Below are positions 56,229 to 64,000 of a stretch of DNA of 64,000 nucleotides, piece after piece. The stretch lies in the NCBI RefSeq assembly GCF_009914755.1, contig NC_060927.1. One strand, 5' to 3'. The stretch comes from the human T2T-CHM13v2.0 reference genome, Homo sapiens. The position numbers were made by a program, and so were the translations under genes. The notes under the pieces are model-generated. The model saw only the letters and a program-made list of their open reading frames with translations. It was not told where the DNA came from and made no database searches. The first letter of the stretch is position 1. Each line of letters begins with the position of its first letter.

Positions 56229-57984
56229 GTCTAGGTAGGGTGTCCAGGCATCGCCCTCGGGTTGGGGAGAAGAAAAAGCAAAAGGGAATAGAAGACTCCA
56301 GAAGAGTAGAATGCAGGTTTTACCTCCCTGTATACTCATAACTTTCTCTATACCAATCAAATGCACAGCTTATCCATTCCTGCCTCCCACAACCCTGTAA
56401 CATACCCTCCCAGATGGCAGAAGTTAAAAATGAATGGCAGATGGTGACACTCAATGTCCTACTCAATAAAGTGTGACCAGAGCAAGACTCGATGAACTCA
56501 GGTATCTGATCCAATTTGACCCAAACTGCAATGCTGCCCAATGCTGTGTTCTTTCCTCACAGCCCTGCCTGGAGAAGGTCATCGGGTGACACAGATGCTG
56601 CATGACTATAGAAAACAATGATTCTAAGACAACACGCCAGGCTTTCCTCCCCTCCATTCTGACATATCTCAGATGAACAAGTAAGGACATCATCACGTGC
56701 TACACCTCAATGTCAATGGCACTTTTTCAAGAGGTCAGTGTGTCCCCTCCATACTGATGCCTGGGACACTGAAGTTGGGAGCTGATGGTCTTAACCCTCT
56801 CTGCAAAACTACAACGGTCTCTTGGCTCCAGCCAGCCGCACAAACTAACAGGACCTTGCCTCTCCATGGGAGTTTCTGGGCATGCTCAAGTTCATGAGAC
56901 GCCTAACGGAAGGGGAACTCAAATCGCCCATGGATCCAGACTTCCTTTTCTCTTAATCCAGTGACATATTAGAAACTGTCAACTAACCTACCAGAAACAC
57001 AGGAATCACATGAAAACCAATACACCCTGACGGCCCTGTTTACTTGACAGGAGTTGGCCAGCTCCAACAGAGGTAATGGGGCTTATTGGGGCTCATGGCC
57101 ACTGCACACGCACAGGCTACACCTGGCAGAAAGGCAGCCCTTCTTTCTCAATAGCAGTTGGCCTTTGTTCTTAAGGTCAGTTGCCAGAGTCATGGTCAGA
57201 AGCATTTAGAACAGGAAACAGAGCTAATCTTTACAAGGACTGGCAAGTAGTTTCCTGGAGAAAAGAAACATGAGAGAGTACAGCACAAAAATCTAGTACT
57301 GGTTCAGATTTTATGAACCATCAAAACACAGAAATGCTACCAAGTAATGCTGCAGAGATGTCCTATTCTTCACATTTGAAGAAGTTAAAAATTGATAAAC
57401 TTTTGTTCATTATCACCCTATGATTGTTTGCAAATCAGAAGACTTTCTTAGCTATTCTCTAATTTACAACTGCTAATCTTTGCATTACTCCAGCCAGGGC
57501 AGCTATCATCAGCCCCAAATCACACAGAAGAAAACAAGAGCAGAGGGTCCTGCTGGGTCACACGGTTCAGGGTCCAGAGCTAATCGCTCAGGCTGCCTTG
57601 GTAGAGATATTTGCCATACCATATCGTAGAAAGCTGGTCAGCAAAGCTGTGATTTTTAGCTCTTCCAAGTATATTGCCCCTTGGAAGACCTTATAAAGGT
57701 TTATAAACTTTAGATGCTGTCTTTGGTGAAATTTTTAAAACTGCTATGTACTAGGAAGCTAGTCAGGTGGTGCTGTAGTCTGCCACCCACATAGATGGGA
57801 CAGACACAGAAGGGCCTGCTTTACCTGTGTGACATTCGTTTCGTGGGGACACAGTGAAAACATCCCTTAGACATTTAAAAAGAGGTAGGAAGGCAAGAAG
57901 GGGGGGAACAAATGGGTCTAATCACACAACATTTAGGTGATTAGGCAGGGATTCATGAAAACCTAGTGTTTTAAATAGTATTCA

Positions 57985-58179
<195 letters not shown>

Positions 58180-59076
58180 TTAACAAATATAATATTTTAA
58201 TAATGGCCTAAGCATAAATGCCATCCTTAGCATCAAACAAAACTCATGACCAGCAGAACTTTCCAGAAGACTTCTGCTCCATGTTGACATAATATGGTAA
58301 GTTGACAAAGAACTCACTGCTCCATGTTGACATAATACGAAGTGATGTTGTGATTTATAAACATAATGATTAGGAAAAGGAGCTCAGCCTACCATCTATG
58401 ACACAAGCCAGTTGTGGAGACAACACATCAATGGGTCTCTGCTGCATTCAACTAATTTTTTCATCTTATAGATCTGTGACTCTGATTGGCTGGGTAATGC
58501 TATTAATAAATTGGTAAAAGATAAGAACCAAGATTTTCAAAGTTCAAATAAAGAATAACTAAATAATTGCTTCTTCCCAGAAGGAAATGAAGATTCTTTT
58601 CCTTTTAAATCTGTTGTACTCTTTATCTCATCACAGGATCTAATTATGAATATCTATCTTTGGAGAAGAGGAAAGGAGGAGGAAGATAGCCTTGTGACCA
58701 GAAATCTTTGCTTTTTAAAACCACCAATGACCTGGTCTAATTATCTCTGCAAAAAACTCATCTGTGATGACATGGGGTGAAACCACAGTGCAATTTTCAA
58801 GAAACATTTTATGCAAATATATCTGCTCCAACTGCATATAAATTAAAATAGTAATAAATCAAATCCTATTTTCTGATTGGCTTGTATTATTATTTCAGTT
58901 AATTCCTCTTCCTTTCTGAATGAGCTAACACCACGTTTCTCTGTATCCACCATAAGTATAATTGGAGCTGTCAAACTTAAAGAGCAAGAAAGGGAGGGAT
59001 GAGAAGAAGGAATCATGTACACGTTGGCCTGCTGTGTGCCAGATATTGTGCTATGTGCTTTAAAAATGCTAAAACT

Positions 59077-59330
59077 GGCTAGGCATGGTGGCTTACGCTT
59101 GTAATCCCAGCACTGTGGGAGGCTGAGGTGTGCAGATCACTTGCGGTCAGGAGTTCGAGACCCGCTTGGCCAACATGGTGAAATCCTGTCTCTACTAAAA
59201 ATACAAAAACTAGCTGGGCATGGTGGCGCATGCCTGTAATCCCAGCTACTCAGGTGGCTGAGGTGGAAGAATCACTTGAACCCAGGAGGTACCTGGGTGA
59301 CAAAGTGAGACTCCGTCTACAAAAAAAAAA
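59077..59330 (+). mobile_element. AluS with right-arm deletion
   Basis: CCCAGGAGGT joined to CCTGGGTGAC. Confidence 0.9.
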
Positions 59331-59472
59331 GAGCTAAACTTTATGGGAGGCCATTGTTTTAGCTAAGCACCTGCATTAGACCCCTACAAATCAGAAAAAA
59401 CTGAAACTCCATTTAGCATGGAGTCACTCATGCTAAATGCCACATAAGCAACTTAAAACTTTAAGGAAGCAG

Positions 59473-59829
<357 letters not shown>

Positions 59830-59850
59830 CTACCTGAGTCAGCAAAATAA

Positions 59851-60222
<372 letters not shown>

Positions 60223-60862
60223 TAATCAGGTATTTTTTCTATTCTTCTATTTCCCCATTCCCACCTAACAAAACTCACTGTTCTACTACTGCCCAGAGGG
60301 AGCCCTTATTCTATTTCGAAGGAGGCTGCTCAGATTTATGAATCGCAAATAAAAGCCAATTAGATCTATAACTAAGTTTACTGTAATTTTGTCTTTTGAC
60401 AAATATGTGATTGTATTTAATCCTTATATCAGAACTGCAGACAAGGGTATTGACAGAGCCATCTTTACAGATAGAGACACGGAGGCAGAGTTGATCAGGG
60501 GCATGTCAGAAGCCACCGATCCGGGCAGCCCGCGCGTTCCCCTCCCTCCGCACCGATTAAAAAGAGGAACAGGTCCTCGGAGTGTGCTGCAGGGATCTCT
60601 AACAGGAGCCATGGGGATCTGCCATGGTAATGGCATGCTCAGCCAGGTGCCAGAGAAAGGTCCCCTAGGATGGTGTCAAGAGTCTGTCCTCCCCGTGGCA
60701 GCCAGTGCTGCTGAACAGATTCCATGGGGGAGAAAGGCAGGATGCGTGCGGTAGGTTCACGGTGAGGAATATTCCCTCTTCCATTTCCCCAGCTTCTCTG
60801 AGAAGGCAGATTGTCCTTCAGAGATTTCAGCCAGGTCCAACACGACAAATACATTTGTCAAG

Positions 60863-61020
60863 CCATTTCAAAGTAACAAACAATAATCATTATTTTACCC
60901 ATTACTTCTAGGGTAACATAGAGAATTCGAATTCAAATTCAAATTCAAATACCATTTCAAAGTAACAAACAATAATCATTATTTTACCCATTACTTCTAG
61001 GGTAACAGAGAATTCAAATA
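60863..61020. repeat. Tandem duplication of a 69-bp unit (first copy 89 bp)
   Basis: First 56 nt identical in both copies. Confidence 0.95.
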
Positions 61021-62189
61021 AGAAGGGCATAGGTTGTTCTTTAAGGAAGGTTCTTATTTTCAGCAGCATCTCCATGGATGTGAGAGGGACAGCCAAAGCA
61101 CAGCCACAACGCGGCCTTTGATCATGGGGCCAGGGACACACTCAAAAGGATGAGTGACAGAAAGCAAGCCCCCCTCGCTCTAGTTTTCCAGCTGCAGGGA
61201 GGCAAGGAGCCGTATTCCTTAACAGAAGTCACAAAGTGGAAACGTGGAGGCTGAAGAAGGCTGTTGCAAATATTTGACGTGCCAACAAAATGTTTGTTTG
61301 ATTTTTAATTAAGTTTTGAATTTCTTATACCAGGTGAGTACTCTCTGGTCCAGTCACCACCCCACCCAAAGTTTCTGACCCTCTCAGCCAGGCCAGTGTC
61401 ACTCTTGAGTTACCCTCTTGACTCTAAAGACTTGGAGTTTGCAATCCCTGTTTTATATAGTCATGGGGAGAAAAGAACTAAACCCCTTATCTGCAGAAAA
61501 AGTATTACCCCTCTTACTAACACCTCTTGTATATAAACCACTGAAACTGGGTATGTTAGTACTGTAATAGGGAAAATAGACTCCAGAAGAGATTATTATA
61601 AATAAAGATGGGTAACAGTGCAGCATGAACAGAGAAGAGGGAAATCCATCTCTCTCCAAGGAGGCAATGAAAAGTTTCAGAGTGAGGAGCCATTTGACCT
61701 CAGTCATAACGGTGAGTGGGAGCTTGCAGAGGGAAGGGGCGCCGTGAAAAAAAAGACACTCGTACAATGAAGAGCAGAGTGACTCAATGGCTGAATCACA
61801 GGGACTGGGCCTTCATTGTCCCGTCTAAAATGTGGATCTAACTTTTCTTGAAAAACCAATACAGAGCAGCCAACAAAAACCCTTATAAAGCAACTTGTTG
61901 AGATATTAGCAGGTATGTGCAGTCCACAGTGCTAAATCACGTCAGGCATCATAAGATGGCAGATCTGGAACAACTGGTAAGACCTCTTGCACAAAAAGTC
62001 ACACAGACCATGCCCTGTCTCTCTAATTGGCACCACCAGGCTCCCAGAACTGACATCTTATTTATCTTCTTCTCTTTGCACTATGTCTAATGAGGCTCTG
62101 TCCACCTCATGTAAGACATGGTTCTTTTGTTTACCTTCTCTTCTTTATGAATACCCAGAAAGGTAACATTGCCTAGCAAGAGGCATTCA

Positions 62190-62390
62190 TTAGAGGTTAA
62201 GAGCTCACGCGCTGGACTAAGACTAGCCAGGGTCTGAAAATCCTGGTTCTTCTCTCAGCAAGCTACCCCATAAGCTCAGTTTTTTCTTCTATAAAATGGG
62301 GAAAGAGCAGTACCTATTCTCATATGGTTGATGTGTATTAAGTATTTAACAGCACCTGCCACAGAGTTCATACTCAATAAATGTTAGACT
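62190..62390 (+). mobile_element. MIR
   Basis: GGTTAAGAGC..CTCAGTTT..TATAAAATGGGG..AGTACCTA..CTCAATAAATGTTAG. Confidence 0.8.
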
Positions 62391-62529
62391 TCATTAATCT
62401 AATTACTCATGCCTTCCCCATGAGCCCTCTTCCCTTTCTGTCTCTGTGTTTCTCTCCTCTAGATCATTCTCAACACCAGCATCATCACAATTAATTTGCC
62501 ATAAACAGCAGCACAGCAGGATCTACCAC

Positions 62530-62930
62530 TCTGTTCCTCTTCACCCTGCATCCCACACCTAGTTTCTATTCCACAGCCTCACATGTAACGTGGTGGGACC
62601 ATGTAACTGGGTTCTATAGCTAACAGAAATGTGAACTGAAGTGACATGAGACCATTTCAGGCTTGGCTTATAAAAAACTTCATGACAGTCCATGTTCTCT
62701 CCTCTTCCACCAGCTCATCACAACTGTGCATAGTGGCATGGAAACCACATGCTGCAGATGGCAGAGCCACAAAATGCAGAGCCTAGAGCCCTGAATCACC
62801 ACTTAGAAGAGAGTCACCTGCTAATTAGAAACACCTCTTTTGGAAATTTTGTGAAGAAAGTATAGATTTCTCACAGATTAAGTCACAGAGGTTCTGGAGT
62901 TTCTCTGTTATGGCAGCTAACATTACCTTT
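62530..62930 (+). mobile_element. MLT1J-like MaLR LTR
   Basis: CCATGT.ACT..GTTCT..GAAGTGA..AGATGGCAGAGCCAC..CCCTGAATCACCAC. Confidence 0.65.
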
Positions 62931-62939
62931 CTCCATTCT

Positions 62940-63440
62940 TAAACATTTGGTATGTTCCCACTATCTACAGAATGAAACCTGACCTCCCTAGCATGGCATT
63001 CAAGGTCTCCCCTAATCCAGCCCCAGCTACTCTCCAAGCCCCTTTCTCACCATGAAGCCAGTAATGTACCTAGTACTTTCCATAAGTACCAGGCATTAAT
63101 AAACCTTCCCAATCCTCAAAATCTTTGCTCTCAGAGTTCCTTCTATCAGAAAGGACCAAATTCCTTAATAGTTGACAAAATTCGGATCAATCTTCAAGGA
63201 ACAGTTCAAATACCATCTCCTCTGAGGAGCTCATGTGATACTGGTTACCATGTCTTCTGGCTACCAGAATAGACAGAACAGACTATGCTCGCTCCTTTAC
63301 TACAAGACTATTACTTATGATATATAGCCAAGTGTCTCTCTGTGTTTTCACACTACTGAGGACTTCTGGAGAGAGAGGCTAAGAGCCTTTCAATTTCATA
63401 TTCTTAATCCTTAACACACTAGCTGGAATGAGTAGGAACT
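62940..63440 (+). mobile_element. L2 fragment
   Basis: TACAGAAT.AAA.CT..CTCC.TAGCATGGCATTCAAGG..TTCAAATACCATCTCCTCTG.G.AGC. Confidence 0.65.
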
Positions 63441-64000
63441 TGGTATGTTGTATAGGGTAAATTTAAAATCATAAAGAAATAAGGGCACATTCCACGTATC
63501 ATTAAGTAGTATGCCCAGAAATGACTACTTGGCCTCAAATATCATAAAAGTGAGACCACTTCCTTGATGTAAGTTCTTTGCAGTTCAATTACCTTTGTTG
63601 ACAGCCCTGGTTGAGATATACAAATGTGGGTCACTGGACATAAGAAAGACAAATGAGAACGTTGGCAAATTCAGACAGAACCACTCTACTGCTAGACTAA
63701 GAGTTCAAAGCCTCTAATCCATCCATCAAAATGGATAAAATAGATGAAAAATCAGCAATAATCTAAACGCAACCCAAAATGACTTGATACATAAATTATG
63801 GCATATCCATAAATTAAATATTATACATCTATAAAAATCGACATAGTCCCCTCTTTTCCTACCCCAATTCTACCTCTACATGTTAGTCTTCAGATTGTAG
63901 CTGAAGTGTCATTTCCTTAGAAACTGGTCCCCTCTGTTAGGCACTCCCAGAGTAACTTTCCCTCAGAGCTCCTTCACATTGATTTGGTATAATTAATTGA

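Overview
Primate (very probably human) non-coding genomic DNA, with no supportable protein-coding exon, RNA gene or CRISPR array in 64 kb. About half of the window is interspersed repeats: more than 20 Alus, L1PA/L1M fragments, MIR/L2, MaLR and ERV1 solo LTRs, and hAT/Tigger/mariner fossils. There is also one full-length processed RPL17 pseudogene (43555-44170). The recognisable long ORFs in the track derive from Alu, L1, the pseudogene or simple repeats, and none resembles a real gene. The orientation bias of the LTRs and pseudogene suggests a large intron of a minus-strand gene. I found no new gene system. The observations worth a second look are structural: an LTR sitting at the centre of an AT-rich palindrome and then hit by an L1 and an Alu, a 2.5-kb-distant templated copy of a microsatellite plus its flank, an inversion inside an L1/Tigger3 composite, several duplications with filler DNA, closely spaced inverted Alu pairs, a 430-bp polypurine tract, and a few candidate cis-regulatory motifs. 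Repeat subfamily names come from recalled consensus sequences and need RepeatMasker/Dfam confirmation. Boundaries of old elements are approximate.
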